Assembly (NCBI GenBank): GCA_030833315.1
Contig: JAURHM010000001.1
Span: 50,233-114,232, forward strand
Length of the DNA stretch: 64,000 nucleotides
Source of the DNA: Burkholderiales bacterium
Lineage (GTDB): Bacteria; Pseudomonadota; Gammaproteobacteria; Burkholderiales; SG8-41
Reading direction: 5' to 3'
Shown here one piece after another: positions 37,400-49,417 of the stretch (position 1 is the first letter of the stretch; each line of letters begins with the position of its first letter). The translations under genes and the position numbers were made by a program. The notes under the pieces are model-generated. The model did not search any database. It was not told the DNA's origin and saw only the letters and a list, made by a program, of their open reading frames with translations.

Positions 37400-38854
37400 T
37401 TACATCAGAACGATGTCGAACTGTTCCTGATTGTAGGCCGACTCCACCTGTAGCGAAATCGGTTTTCCGATGAAATCCGAGAGCATCGCCAGATTGTGCG
37501 ATTCCTCGTCAAGGAACATGTCGACAACCTGTTGCGAGGCAAGGATGCGGAATTCGCGCGCGTCGAACTGGCGTGATTCGCGCAGCAGTTCGCGCAGCAC
37601 TTCATAACACACGGTCTGGGCCGTCTTCAGCGCCCCGCGCCCGGCACAGGTCGGGCAGGATTCGCAGAGGATGTGCGCAAGACTCTCGCGCGTGCGCTTG
37701 CGCGTCATCTCCACCAGCCCGAGCTGGGTGAAACCGTTGATGGTCATCCGCGTGCGATCACGCGCCAGCGCCTTGCGGAATTCATTGAGCACGGCGTTAC
37801 GGTGCTCCTCGGTATCCATGTCGATGAAATCGATGATGACAATACCGCCCAGGTTGCGCAGGCGCAGCTGGCGCGCGATGACCTGCGCCGCCTCGAGATT
37901 GGTTTTGAAAATCGTGTCGTCAAAAGTGCGCCCCCCGACAAAGCCGCCGGTATTGACGTCGACCGTGGTCAGCGCTTCCGTCTGGTCAATGATCAGGTAG
38001 CCGCCGGATTTGAGGTCGACCCGCCGTGCCAGTGCTCGCTCGATATCGTCCTCGACATTGTGCAGGTCGAACAGCGGACGTTCGCCCTGGTAATGCGCCA
38101 GCCGTGGCACCACATTAGGGGTAAACTGCCGCGCAAAATGGCTCATCGCCTGATGGGTTTCATTGGAATCAACGTAAATCCGCCCGGTATCCTCATGCGC
38201 GAAGTCACGCAGCACGCGCAGGCTGAGATTGAGATCCTGATAGAGCAATGCCAGCGGCGCTGACTTGCGCGCCTGCGCCTGGATGTCACGCCAGAGTTTG
38301 CGCAGGTATTCGACGTCGGAAGCCAGTTCGCGGTCGGAAGCGGCTTCAGCCATGGTGCGGATGATGAATCCGCCTTTTTCATCGGGCGGCATCAGCTGCT
38401 GCAGCTTCTCGCGCAGATGCACGCGTTCTTCTTCGTCTTCAATGCGCTGCGAGATGCCGATATGCGATTCCTGCGGCAGATAGACCAGCAAGCGACCGGC
38501 GATGCTGATTTGCGTCGACAGCCGCGCGCCCTTGGTGCCGATCGGGTCCTTGATCACCTGCACCATCAGGCTCTGACCTTCATTGAGCAGACGCTCGATC
38601 GGCAGACCCGGTTCGCCGTTGACGCGATTGCCCCATATGTCGGCCACATGAAGAAAAGCGGCGCGTTCGCCGCCGATATCGACAAAGGCGGACTGCATGC
38701 CGGGCAGCACGCGTACCACCTTGCCCATATAGATATTGCCGACGAAGCCGCGCGCCGAGGCCCGCTCGATATGCAATTCCTGGGTCACGCCGTGCTCAAT
38801 AACGGCAACCCGTGTTTCCTGCGGTGTGACGTTGATCAGTATGTCTTCGCTCAT
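37400..38854 (-). CDS. rng: ribonuclease G
   Basis: MSEDILINVTPQETRVAVIEHG..., S1 domain GNIYMGKVVRVLPGMQSAFVDIG, RNase E/G catalytic blocks, 484 aa. Confidence 0.92.
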   Translation of the reverse strand: MSEDILINVTPQETRVAVIEHGVTQELHIERASARGFVGNIYMGKVVRVLPGMQSAFVDIGGERAAFLHVADIWGNRVNGEPGLPIERLLNEGQSLMVQVIKDPIGTKGARLSTQISIAGRLLVYLPQESHIGISQRIEDEEERVHLREKLQQLMPPDEKGGFIIRTMAEAASDRELASDVEYLRKLWRDIQAQARKSAPLALLYQDLNLSLRVLRDFAHEDTGRIYVDSNETHQAMSHFARQFTPNVVPRLAHYQGERPLFDLHNVEDDIERALARRVDLKSGGYLIIDQTEALTTVDVNTGGFVGGRTFDDTIFKTNLEAAQVIARQLRLRNLGGIVIIDFIDMDTEEHRNAVLNEFRKALARDRTRMTINGFTQLGLVEMTRKRTRESLAHILCESCPTCAGRGALKTAQTVCYEVLRELLRESRQFDAREFRILASQQVVDMFLDEESHNLAMLSDFIGKPISLQVESAYNQEQFDIVLM

Positions 38855-38862
38855 GGCGAATC

Positions 38863-39477
38863 TCAGGGAATGCTGATGCCGTAGCTGCGCAGCAGCTCCG
38901 CAGTTTCTGCGAGTGGGAGTCCCATGATACCGGAATAGCTGCCGTCGATACGGGTGATGAAGGCGGCCGCCAGGCCCTGCACCGCGTAAGCGCCGGCCTT
39001 GTCATGCGATTCGCCGATGGCGACATAACGGCGTATTTCTGCGGCATCCAGCGGGCGAAACCAGACCTGTGATTCCGACACCCGGGTCTCCATCCGGTCT
39101 TCTGTGGCAACAGCGACTGCGGTCAGCACGCGATGCGCACGCCCCGCCAGCCGGCCCAGCATGTGCGCAGCCTCATCCGCACTCGCCGGCTTGCCGAGAA
39201 TGTCATCGTCACAAACCACGGTCGTATCAGCCACCAGTACCGGCAGCGGCAGCACGCGCCGAGCGGCAATGATTCTGGCTGCTGCCCGCGCCTTGTCGCC
39301 GGTCACCCGGAGTACATAGTCGTCGGCGTTTTCTCCATGATGCGGCGTCTCGTCGATATCGGCATCGCAGCCGGGTCCCTCGCGCAGCGGGATCAGCTCG
39401 AAGGCTACGCCGATCTGCCGCAACAGTTCGCGACGGCGCGGACTTTGTGAAGCCAGATAGATGGATCTGTCGTTCAT
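38863..39477 (-). CDS. maf: Maf-like nucleoside triphosphate pyrophosphatase
   Basis: MNDRSIYLASQSPRRRELL..., DTTVV, GKP, KAGAYAVQG. ATG 39477 inside the track ORF. Confidence 0.88.
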   Translation of the reverse strand: MNDRSIYLASQSPRRRELLRQIGVAFELIPLREGPGCDADIDETPHHGENADDYVLRVTGDKARAAARIIAARRVLPLPVLVADTTVVCDDDILGKPASADEAAHMLGRLAGRAHRVLTAVAVATEDRMETRVSESQVWFRPLDAAEIRRYVAIGESHDKAGAYAVQGLAAAFITRIDGSYSGIMGLPLAETAELLRSYGISIP

Positions 39478-39498
39478 CGGAAGATGTCTCTGCGCCAA

Positions 39499-39972
39499 TC
39501 AGTCACGGTGATAGGGATGACCTGAGAGCAGCGACGACGCCCGGTATAGCTGCTCGGCCAGCACCACGCGGACCAGCCCGTGCGGCAGCGTCAGCGGCGA
39601 CAGCGACCACAGCAGATCCGCGCGCGACTTGATTGACTCGTCCAGCCCATCGGCACCACCGATGACAAAGAAAATGTCACGACCGTCGTTACGCCAGCGT
39701 TCGAGATGATCGGCCAGGGTGCGAGTTGGAAAACTCCGGCCGCGTTCGTCCAGCACTACCCTCAGCACTCCCTGAGGAAGTGCGGCCTCGATGTGTTCGG
39801 CCTCGGTTTTCAACCACCGCGGGGTATCGCCGGTCGCATTGCTGCGCTGCGCGGGCTTGAGTTCTTTCAGCTGCAGCGGCATTTCGCGCGGCATGCGTTT
39901 CGCATACTCCGCGAACGCCTCTTTCACCCACGCCGGCATGCGATGACCGACCGCGAGTATAGCCAGCTTCAC
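39499..39972 (-). CDS. rlmH: 23S rRNA (pseudouridine1915-N3)-methyltransferase RlmH
   Basis: MKLAILAVGHRMPAWV..., VLDERGR, FVIGGADGL, LSLSPLTLPHGLVRVVLAEQLYRA. Confidence 0.92.
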   Translation of the reverse strand: MKLAILAVGHRMPAWVKEAFAEYAKRMPREMPLQLKELKPAQRSNATGDTPRWLKTEAEHIEAALPQGVLRVVLDERGRSFPTRTLADHLERWRNDGRDIFFVIGGADGLDESIKSRADLLWSLSPLTLPHGLVRVVLAEQLYRASSLLSGHPYHRD

Positions 39973-40364
39973 TTCGCGGCGCGGCCCGCTGTTTTGGCGG
40001 CCGGCGTTTTGCGGGCAACGGTTTTACGAGGCTTGGGCTGCGATGAACCCCAGATTTCTTCGAGGTTGTAGTACTGCCGGATTGCCGGCTGCATCACATG
40101 CACGATCACCGCACCGAGGTCGACCAGCACCCACTCGCCGGTCTGCTCACCTTCGGTACTCAGCACGCTGCCGCCGGCTTTTTTGACTTCCTCGCAAACA
40201 TTATTGGCCAGCGCGCGCAGCTGCCGGTTGGAATCACCGCTGACGATGATCACCTTGTCGAATAGCGCGGTCATTTTCTTGACGTTGAACACGACGATGT
40301 CGCGGCCCTTGATGTCCTCGAGGGCGGCAACGGCGATTTTGGCAAGTTTTTCAGGTCCCATCAT
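39969..40364 (-). CDS. rsfS: ribosome silencing factor RsfS
   Basis: ALEDIKGRDIVVFNV, DKVIIVSGDSNRQ, WVLVDLGAVIVHVMQP..RQYYNLEEIW. Basic C-terminal extension. ATGA overlaps on both sides. Confidence 0.9.
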   Translation of the reverse strand: MMGPEKLAKIAVAALEDIKGRDIVVFNVKKMTALFDKVIIVSGDSNRQLRALANNVCEEVKKAGGSVLSTEGEQTGEWVLVDLGAVIVHVMQPAIRQYYNLEEIWGSSQPKPRKTVARKTPAAKTAGRAAK

Positions 40365-41020
40365 TGTCCAATATATAAGTCATGTTCTTGAATATATTTG
40401 ATTATTTCTTCCGGCAACAGGTAGCGCGGATTGCTTCCCGTCAGTATCGCGTCGCGGATCAGCGTTGCCGAAATATCCAGTGCGGCAATCGGTACCACGA
40501 CAATGCCGCCAGCCGGCGCCGTATGCACACCCAGCGGCTGGCGCATCAGCCGTTTGTCGTATTCCGCGGCCAGCGGTTGCGGCATCCGCGACTGCCAGGT
40601 ATCCACCGGAAAACCGGGACGATAGGCCACGGCAACATGGGTCAGCGTGAGCAGCTGGTGCCAGCGGCTCCAGGTCGCCAGTTCCAGAAAAGCATCTGCC
40701 CCCAGCAATAGCACCAGCGATTGCGCGGGACCGACCTCGGCGCGCATGGCCGTCAGAGTATCCACCGTATAACCGGGGCCCGTCCGCAGCGTTTCGCGCG
40801 GATCGACGGTAAACAGCGAATTGCCGGTCACCGCGAGTTGCACCATCGCCAGCCGGTCTTCCGCGGGTGCGCCCGGCGATGAGCGGTGCGGCGGCGTGCC
40901 GCTGGGCAAAAACCGCACTTCGGCGAGACGCAGTTTGTCTGCCACTTCCTGCGCCAGCCGCAGATGACCGTAGTGAATGGGATCGAAAGTGCCGCCCAGA
41001 ATGCCGATCGGGGCGGCCAT
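40361..41020 (-). CDS. nadD: nicotinate-nucleotide adenylyltransferase
   Basis: IGILGGTFDPIHYGHLRLA..., ISATLIRD. Confidence 0.92.
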   Translation of the reverse strand: MAAPIGILGGTFDPIHYGHLRLAQEVADKLRLAEVRFLPSGTPPHRSSPGAPAEDRLAMVQLAVTGNSLFTVDPRETLRTGPGYTVDTLTAMRAEVGPAQSLVLLLGADAFLELATWSRWHQLLTLTHVAVAYRPGFPVDTWQSRMPQPLAAEYDKRLMRQPLGVHTAPAGGIVVVPIAALDISATLIRDAILTGSNPRYLLPEEIIKYIQEHDLYIGQ

Positions 41021-41092
41021 TCAGTAAGCGCCGCGATGCTGCGTGACGAAGGTCCGGGAATTCAAAAGACGCTCAGTATTCTGCACGCACGC

Positions 41093-42400
41093 TCAGAGCA
41101 CCAGCCGGCGGATATCGGACAGCACCGTAGTCAGATACGTACTGAACCGTGCACCCAACGCACCGTCGATCACGCGATGATCATAGGACAGCGACAGCGG
41201 CAGCATTAGACGCGGCACGAATTCCTTGCCGTTCCACACCGGTTTCATCACCGCCTTGCCGACACCGAGAATGGCCACTTCCGGCGCGTTGATGATCGGC
41301 GTGAAGAACGTGCCGCCGATGCCACCGAGACTGGAAATCGAGAAGCAGCCACCCTGCAGATCTGCCGGGGAAATTTTGCCGTTACGCATGCGGCCGCTGA
41401 GTTCGCCCAGCTCCTTGGCGATTTCCAGCAGGCCCTTCTTGTCGACGTCGCGGATCACCGGCACCACCAGTCCGCCGGGGGTATCGACGGCAACACCGAT
41501 GTGGAAATAGTTTTTCAGCACCAGGCTCTCACCATCCGGTGACAGCGAAGCATTGAATTCCGGGAACTGCTTTAGTGCGACAACCGCGGCCTTCATCAGG
41601 AAACCGAGCATCGTGAACTTGATGCCGCTTTTCTTGGCCTCGTCCGACTGGGTTTTGCGGAACGCTTCCAGCTCGGTGATATCGGCCTCATCGTGCTGCG
41701 TGACATGGGGGATACTCACCCAGTTGCGATGCAGGAATCCGCCGGACAGTTTCTTGATGCGCGACAGCGGTTGCGTGGTGACCGGACCGAACTTGGCAAA
41801 ATCAACCGGCTGCATCGGCGGCAGATTGAAGCCGAGCCCGCCGCCACCTTCGGCGCCGCGCGGTTTCGACAGTTCCGTTTTGACAAACGCCTGCACGTCT
41901 TCCTTGGTCACACGGTCCTTGGGACCGGAACCCTTGACTCGGGGCAGATCGACACCCAGTTCACGCGCAAAACGGCGCACCGACGGGCTTGCATGGGCCT
42001 TGCCGAAGCCGGCCTCATTCACGGGGACAACTGCGGGAGCCGCGGCAGGTGCCGGTTTCGCCGCCGCTACGGCAGCAGGCTTGGCCGGTTGTGCTGCGGC
42101 GGCGACCGGAGCAACAGGTGCTGCAGGTGCAGCCTTGGCCGCTGCAGCCGGGGCTTCAGCACCGGCTTCCAGCATCAGCACCAATGCACCTTCAGACACC
42201 TTGTCACCGACCTTGATACGGATTTCCTTGACGGTGCCGGCTGCCGGCGATGGCACTTCCATCGTCGCCTTGTCGGACTCCAAGGTCACCAGCGGATCTT
42301 CAGCGCGCACGGTGTCACCCGGCTTGACCAGGATCTCGATCACCGGAATATTCTTGAAATCGCCGATATCCGGAACTTTGACTTCGATTGCGTTTGCCAT
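41093..42400 (-). CDS. aceF: pyruvate dehydrogenase E2, dihydrolipoamide acetyltransferase
   Basis: One lipoyl domain (LESDKATMEVPSP), Ala/Pro linker, E3-binding domain (ASPSVRRFARELGVDL), catalytic SLSYDHRVIDGA. Directly downstream of aceE. Confidence 0.92.
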   Translation of the reverse strand: MANAIEVKVPDIGDFKNIPVIEILVKPGDTVRAEDPLVTLESDKATMEVPSPAAGTVKEIRIKVGDKVSEGALVLMLEAGAEAPAAAAKAAPAAPVAPVAAAAQPAKPAAVAAAKPAPAAAPAVVPVNEAGFGKAHASPSVRRFARELGVDLPRVKGSGPKDRVTKEDVQAFVKTELSKPRGAEGGGGLGFNLPPMQPVDFAKFGPVTTQPLSRIKKLSGGFLHRNWVSIPHVTQHDEADITELEAFRKTQSDEAKKSGIKFTMLGFLMKAAVVALKQFPEFNASLSPDGESLVLKNYFHIGVAVDTPGGLVVPVIRDVDKKGLLEIAKELGELSGRMRNGKISPADLQGGCFSISSLGGIGGTFFTPIINAPEVAILGVGKAVMKPVWNGKEFVPRLMLPLSLSYDHRVIDGALGARFSTYLTTVLSDIRRLVL

Positions 42401-42418
42401 GTGCGGAGCTCGCCTGCG

Positions 42419-45091
<2,673 letters not shown>

Positions 45092-45280
45092 GGGCAATAC
45101 CTTTTTGGGGCAGTTTTCTCAAGACAATCGGGCGCTTATGGTGCCCGAATCGGCATGGAGATGGGATGAGTAATTATAACTTCAGCCCTGAAAATCTCCG
45201 GCGCAATCTCGGCCGCAATCGGGAGTAAAAAGAAGTGGCTGCGGTGATGCGCTGCAGCAATATGCCACGGTGCTGCGACG

Positions 45281-46069
45281 CTATTCGCCGCGGAACCGGG
45301 GCGCGCGTTTTTCGACAAACGCGCGCATGCCTTCCTTCTGGTCTGCCGTGGCAAAGGCCAGTGCAAACAGGCTGGTCTCGTAAACGCAGGCATTGGCCAG
45401 ATCCAGGTCCTGGCCGCGTTGCACGGCCTGCTTGGCCAAACGCACTGCGACGGGTCCCTTTGCCGCAATGCTGCGCGCAACGACCAATCCCGCCTCGCGC
45501 AGTTCGGCCGCGGCGACTACCTGCGTCACCAGACCGATCGCCAAAGCCTCGTCGGCTCTGACCTGGCGCGCCGTCGTCACCAGTTCCAGCGCCCGCGCAC
45601 GACCGACCAGCCGGCTCAAGCGCTGGGTGCCGCCGAATCCTGGCGGGATGCCCAGATTGACTTCGGGCTGCCCGAAAACGGCGCGGTCGGAAGCGATGAT
45701 CCAGTCGCAGGCCATCGCCAGTTCGCAGCCGCCGCCCAGGGCATAACCGTTGACCAGCGCGATCACCGGTACCGGCAAGGCTTCCAGGGCATGCATCACG
45801 TGCATGCCGGCCATTGAAAAATCCAGCGCCTGTTCGGCGCTGAGCCCCAGCATTTCCGTGATATCAGCACCTGCGACAAAGGCCTTTTCACCCGCGCCGG
45901 TGACCAGCAATACGCGGGCGCCGGCATCGCCGGCCACCTGCGCAATGGCTCGCGTCAGTTCAGCCAGGGTGGCAGCGTTGAGGGCGTTCAAAGCCTGCGG
46001 ACGGTTCAGCGTCAGCAAATACAGGCCCGGCTCGGGCTGCTCCAGCAGCAGATTCTGAAAAGTCATCAC
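45281..46069 (-). CDS. enoyl-CoA hydratase/isomerase (crotonase) family protein
   Basis: LNRPQALNALN, LVTGAGEKAFVAGADI, GYALGGGCELAMACD. Confidence 0.9.
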   Translation of the reverse strand: MMTFQNLLLEQPEPGLYLLTLNRPQALNALNAATLAELTRAIAQVAGDAGARVLLVTGAGEKAFVAGADITEMLGLSAEQALDFSMAGMHVMHALEALPVPVIALVNGYALGGGCELAMACDWIIASDRAVFGQPEVNLGIPPGFGGTQRLSRLVGRARALELVTTARQVRADEALAIGLVTQVVAAAELREAGLVVARSIAAKGPVAVRLAKQAVQRGQDLDLANACVYETSLFALAFATADQKEGMRAFVEKRAPRFRGE

Positions 46070-46095
46070 AGCCTCAACTTCGGGTTAAAGCCGGA

Positions 46096-47901
46096 TTATC
46101 CAATGCGCCGTTTCACATAGGAACCCGGGGCGTCCTCGAGCGCCTTGTATTTGCCCTTACCCGGCACGCGCGGCTCAAGCTGGGCCCCGGCGTGAACGCC
46201 CACCCATTGCGCCCAATCCGTCCACCAGGAACCCGCATGCTGGGTGGCGCTGGACAGCCATTCATCAGGCTGCTCCGGCAGTTTTTTATTGGTCCAATAA
46301 CCGTATTTGTTGGCAGCCGGCGGATTGATGATGCCGGCGATGTGACCCGACCCGCCGAGCACGAACCGCACCGGACCCTTGAGCAGCCTTGCGCCGGCGT
46401 AGGTGGACTGCCACGGTGCGATGTGATCCTCCACCGTCGAGATGAAATACGCCGGGGTTTTCGCCTGCGTAATGTCGATCGGGATGCCGGCAATGGTCAG
46501 CGCACCCGGTTTGCGCAACAGGTTTTTCAGGTACATGTTGCGCAGATAGAAACTGTGCATCGCCGCCGGCATCCGCGTCGAATCGCCGTTCCAGTGCAAC
46601 AAATCGAAGGGGAAGGGATCGCGGCCCATCAGGTAATTGTTGACGACGAATGACCAGATCAGATCGTTGGCCCGCAGCATGTTGAAGGTGGTCGCCATCT
46701 CCGATCCTTCGAGGTAACCGCGCTTATCCATTTTCTTTTCCAGCGCGCTGACCTGTTGCTCGTCGATGAACACCTCGAGTTCGCCGGGACGCTCGAAATC
46801 GATCATGGTCACGAAGAAGGTCGCGCTGCTGATGCGTTCCTGCTTCTTTGCCGCCAGCCAGGCCAGCGTGCTGGCCAGCAGCGTACCGCCAAGGCAATAA
46901 CCAATCACATTGGCCTTGGCTTCGCCGGTGATGTCACGGATCACGTCGAGCGCGGCCAGCGACCCTTCGGTCAGATAGTCATCAAAGCGTTTGTGGGCCA
47001 GTGTCTCGTCGGGGTTGACCCAGGAAATGATGAACACCGTGTGGCCCTGCTCCACCGCCCAGCGCACGAAGGAATTGTTTTCGCGCATGTCGAGAATGTA
47101 GAACTTGTTGATCCACGGCGGGATGATCAGCAACGGCGTCGCATGGACCTTGTCGGTCAGCGGTTCGTACTGGATCAGCTGCATGATGTCGTTCTGGAAC
47201 ACCACCTTGCCTTTGGTCGTGGCCAGATTGCCGCCGAGACTGAAGGCCTCGCTGTCGGTCATGCGCACCTTGAGCTGTTCGCCATTTCCCCGCGAAAGAT
47301 CCTCAAGCAGATTGTTCAGTCCCTTGACCAGGTTCTGGCCTCCGGAATTGACGGTTTCGCGCATCGCCTCCGGATTGGTGATCAGGAAATTCGACGGCGA
47401 CAACGCGTCGATGTACTGACGGGTATAAAAATCCACTTTTTTGGCGGTCTTGTCGTCCAGTCCGTCAACGCTGGCCAGCGAGTGATGCAGGTGTCGCGCA
47501 GCGATCAGGTAGGACTGTTTGACGCAGTCATAGAGAAAATTGTTTTCCCAGTCATCGTGACGGAAACGCCGGTCGGTCTTGCCCGGCTCGGCGACCGGTG
47601 CGGCTTGCTGCCCCATCATTTTCAGCATCGAGTTCTGCCACAACGACGTATAGTCCTGCCACAGCTTCATCTGCAGTTCGGCCATACGCATTGGGTCGGC
47701 GAACACCCGACCCCAGGCATCAAAAAAGGCCTTGGCAATGCCCAGCTCGTCCTTAATTTCCGGCATGCCTTGGCCCGCTGCGCGGGTCATGAATTTGCTG
47801 ATCAGGGCACCGCTTTTTTCAGCGATATCGGCATACAGCTTCGCCATCGCGGCGGGATCCAGTGCCCGGGCTTCGGGCTGGGGTTTCTGTTTTGAGGTCA
47901 T
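46096..47901 (-). CDS. phaC: class I poly(R)-hydroxyalkanoate synthase
   Basis: 601 aa. Lipase-box-like GYCLGG, LLIIPPWINKFYILD, and conserved C-terminal HIAGIINPP. Confidence 0.92.
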   Translation of the reverse strand: MTSKQKPQPEARALDPAAMAKLYADIAEKSGALISKFMTRAAGQGMPEIKDELGIAKAFFDAWGRVFADPMRMAELQMKLWQDYTSLWQNSMLKMMGQQAAPVAEPGKTDRRFRHDDWENNFLYDCVKQSYLIAARHLHHSLASVDGLDDKTAKKVDFYTRQYIDALSPSNFLITNPEAMRETVNSGGQNLVKGLNNLLEDLSRGNGEQLKVRMTDSEAFSLGGNLATTKGKVVFQNDIMQLIQYEPLTDKVHATPLLIIPPWINKFYILDMRENNSFVRWAVEQGHTVFIISWVNPDETLAHKRFDDYLTEGSLAALDVIRDITGEAKANVIGYCLGGTLLASTLAWLAAKKQERISSATFFVTMIDFERPGELEVFIDEQQVSALEKKMDKRGYLEGSEMATTFNMLRANDLIWSFVVNNYLMGRDPFPFDLLHWNGDSTRMPAAMHSFYLRNMYLKNLLRKPGALTIAGIPIDITQAKTPAYFISTVEDHIAPWQSTYAGARLLKGPVRFVLGGSGHIAGIINPPAANKYGYWTNKKLPEQPDEWLSSATQHAGSWWTDWAQWVGVHAGAQLEPRVPGKGKYKALEDAPGSYVKRRIG

Positions 47902-47921
47902 GTCGGGCTTTCAATTCTTAA

Positions 47922-47950
47922 ATCGCGCAGTCGATACGCCGCTGCGCGAT
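47922..47950. promoter_or_regulatory. 9-bp-stem palindrome in the phaC leader / divergent region
   Basis: ATCGCGCAG-N11-CTGCGCGAT, 21-49 nt upstream of the phaC ATG (47901, minus strand). Confidence 0.35.
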
Positions 47951-47990
47951 AAGGTCCTGTTTAAGAGAGCTTGTTCAGGTAAAGATTTGT

Positions 47991-48006
47991 TTGACGTTTA
48001 CGTAAG
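47991..48006. promoter_or_regulatory. LiuR-type operator 1 (TTGACGT-TT-ACGTAAG), overlapping a -35-like TTGACG
   Basis: 16-bp imperfect palindrome with half-site TTRACGT, 55 nt upstream of the MerR-type regulator gene. TATACA follows 18 nt downstream (48015-48020). Confidence 0.55.
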
Positions 48007-48060
48007 AGCAATGTTATACATATCCAAAGATCATCTTACCCGCGCCTGCTGCACGGCACA

Positions 48061-48459
48061 ATGAGCAAAACCTACAACATCAGCGAGCTTGCCCGGGAAT
48101 TCGGCGTCACCACCCGGACCCTGCGTCATTACGAGGATCAGGGGCTGGTCACCCCGATGCGCGAGGGTATCAACCGTATTTACAGCCACCGCGACCGCGT
48201 CCGCCTCAAACTGGCCCTGCGCGGCAAACGCCTGGGGTTTTCCCTCAGCGAACTGCGCGAGCTGTTCCAGCTGTATGACCTCGCCAACGACGAACGCCGG
48301 CAGCTCGAAGAATTTGCCGTCAAACTGGAGCGCCGTCGCGCGCAACTCGAGCAGCAGCGCGAAGACGTCGAAGTCATGCTCAATGAAATCAACTTTTTCT
48401 CGACACAATGCCAACGCCTGCTGAACGATGGCGATGCCACGAAAACACCCCGAACATAG
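48061..48459 (+). CDS. liuR: MerR-family transcriptional regulator, LiuR-like
   Basis: YNISELAREFGVTTRTLRHYEDQGLV...HRDRVRLKLALRGKRLGFSLSEL. Adjacent to HMG-CoA lyase and enoyl-CoA hydratase genes and flanked by the palindromic operators. Confidence 0.75.
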   Translation: MSKTYNISELAREFGVTTRTLRHYEDQGLVTPMREGINRIYSHRDRVRLKLALRGKRLGFSLSELRELFQLYDLANDERRQLEEFAVKLERRRAQLEQQREDVEVMLNEINFFSTQCQRLLNDGDATKTPRT

Positions 48460-48472
48460 CGCCGCAGCAATA

Positions 48473-48488
48473 TTTACGTTTACGTCAA
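48473..48488. promoter_or_regulatory. LiuR-type operator 2 (TTTACGT-TT-ACGTCAA)
   Basis: Same 7-2-7 palindrome as 47991-48006, read directly. Confidence 0.55.
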
Positions 48489-48494
48489 CGTTAT

Positions 48495-48529
48495 AAAATA
48501 ACTCAATAAAAACAAATAGATACAGTAAT
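48495..48529 (+). repeat. A/T-only module copy C (core TCAATAAAAACAA 48503-48515)
   Basis: AAAATAACTCAATAAAAACAAATAGATACAGTAAT sits between operators 2 and 3. Matches 30/35 ungapped to 29843-29877. Confidence 0.75.
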
Positions 48530-48545
48530 ATTACGTTTACGGCAA
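48530..48545. promoter_or_regulatory. LiuR-type operator 3 (ATTACGT-TT-ACGGCAA, weaker)
   Basis: Same architecture, 32 nt upstream of the ATG at 48577. Confidence 0.45.
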
Positions 48546-48576
48546 GAATACCCATCGTATCGATCAGGAGGATTAC

Positions 48577-49179
48577 ATGACCCGCCCCCTGGATTTCTAT
48601 TTCGACTTTTCCTCGCCTTACGGTTATTTCGCCGCCGCCCAGATCGAGGCGCTGGCGGCGAAACATGGTCGAACCACCATCTGGCGGCCGATCCTGTTGG
48701 GCGCGGTATTCAAGATCACCGGCCAGCAACCGCTGACCACCATCCCCCTCAAAGGCAGTTACGCCACGCACGATCTCAAACGCTCGGCGCGCTGGTTCGA
48801 TCTGCCGTTCAGGATGCCGTCGAAATTTCCGGTTGCCACGCCGGCGCCCTGCCGCGCCTTCTACTGGCTGCATGACCGCGATCCGGCCTCCGCCAAAGTG
48901 TTGGCGCTGGCGCTGTATCGCGCCTATTTCGTCGAAGACCGCGACATCTCCAATCCGGAAATCACTGTCAATGTCGCGGCCAAGCTGGGGCATGACAAGG
49001 AAACTGTCGCGCAGGCCCTCAACGATCCGGCGGTCAAAGAGCGGCTGAAAAGCGAAGTCGATGCCGCAGTCGAACGCGGCGTTTTCGGCTCGCCCTATTT
49101 CGTCATCGACGGCGAACCGTTCTGGGGCTCGGACCGTCTGCCGCAGATCGAGCGCTGGTTGGCTCAGGGGCCTTGGTAG
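48577..49179 (+). CDS. 2-hydroxychromene-2-carboxylate isomerase family (DsbA-like) protein
   Basis: LDFYFDFSSPYGYFA N-terminus and C-terminal GVFGSPYFVIDGEPFWGSDRL. Confidence 0.85.
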   Translation: MTRPLDFYFDFSSPYGYFAAAQIEALAAKHGRTTIWRPILLGAVFKITGQQPLTTIPLKGSYATHDLKRSARWFDLPFRMPSKFPVATPAPCRAFYWLHDRDPASAKVLALALYRAYFVEDRDISNPEITVNVAAKLGHDKETVAQALNDPAVKERLKSEVDAAVERGVFGSPYFVIDGEPFWGSDRLPQIERWLAQGPW

Positions 49180-49417
49180 CCAAACTGATACTGGAAAACC
49201 GGCAACGATCACGCGCAAGGTCTCGCACACTTCATCACCCGTGACTTGATCACGACGGGCTCCTGCCTGCCCCCATCCACACCTTGGAAACCGCGGCGCC
49301 CGTGATGACGCCGATGCGTATAATCAACCGTAACCGGCATAGCCGCGGCTTACACAGCGGCGTGCTGCGCCCCAAGCAGACCGCCCGGCCACCCCAGATT
49401 ACGATTGAGGACAGATC

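Noticed and set aside
41021-41092. Absence of lpdA (E3) downstream of aceE-aceF
   Set aside because: E3 genes are often encoded elsewhere and the rest of the genome is not visible. Not evidence of anything unusual.
46268-46302. Partial resemblance of a phaC segment (minus strand AACAAATACGGTTATTGGACCAATAAAAAAC) to the A/T-only module
   Set aside because: It shares only short blocks in a different order and lacks the exact 13-mer core. This is explained by Asn/Lys/Tyr codons (NKYGYWTNKK).
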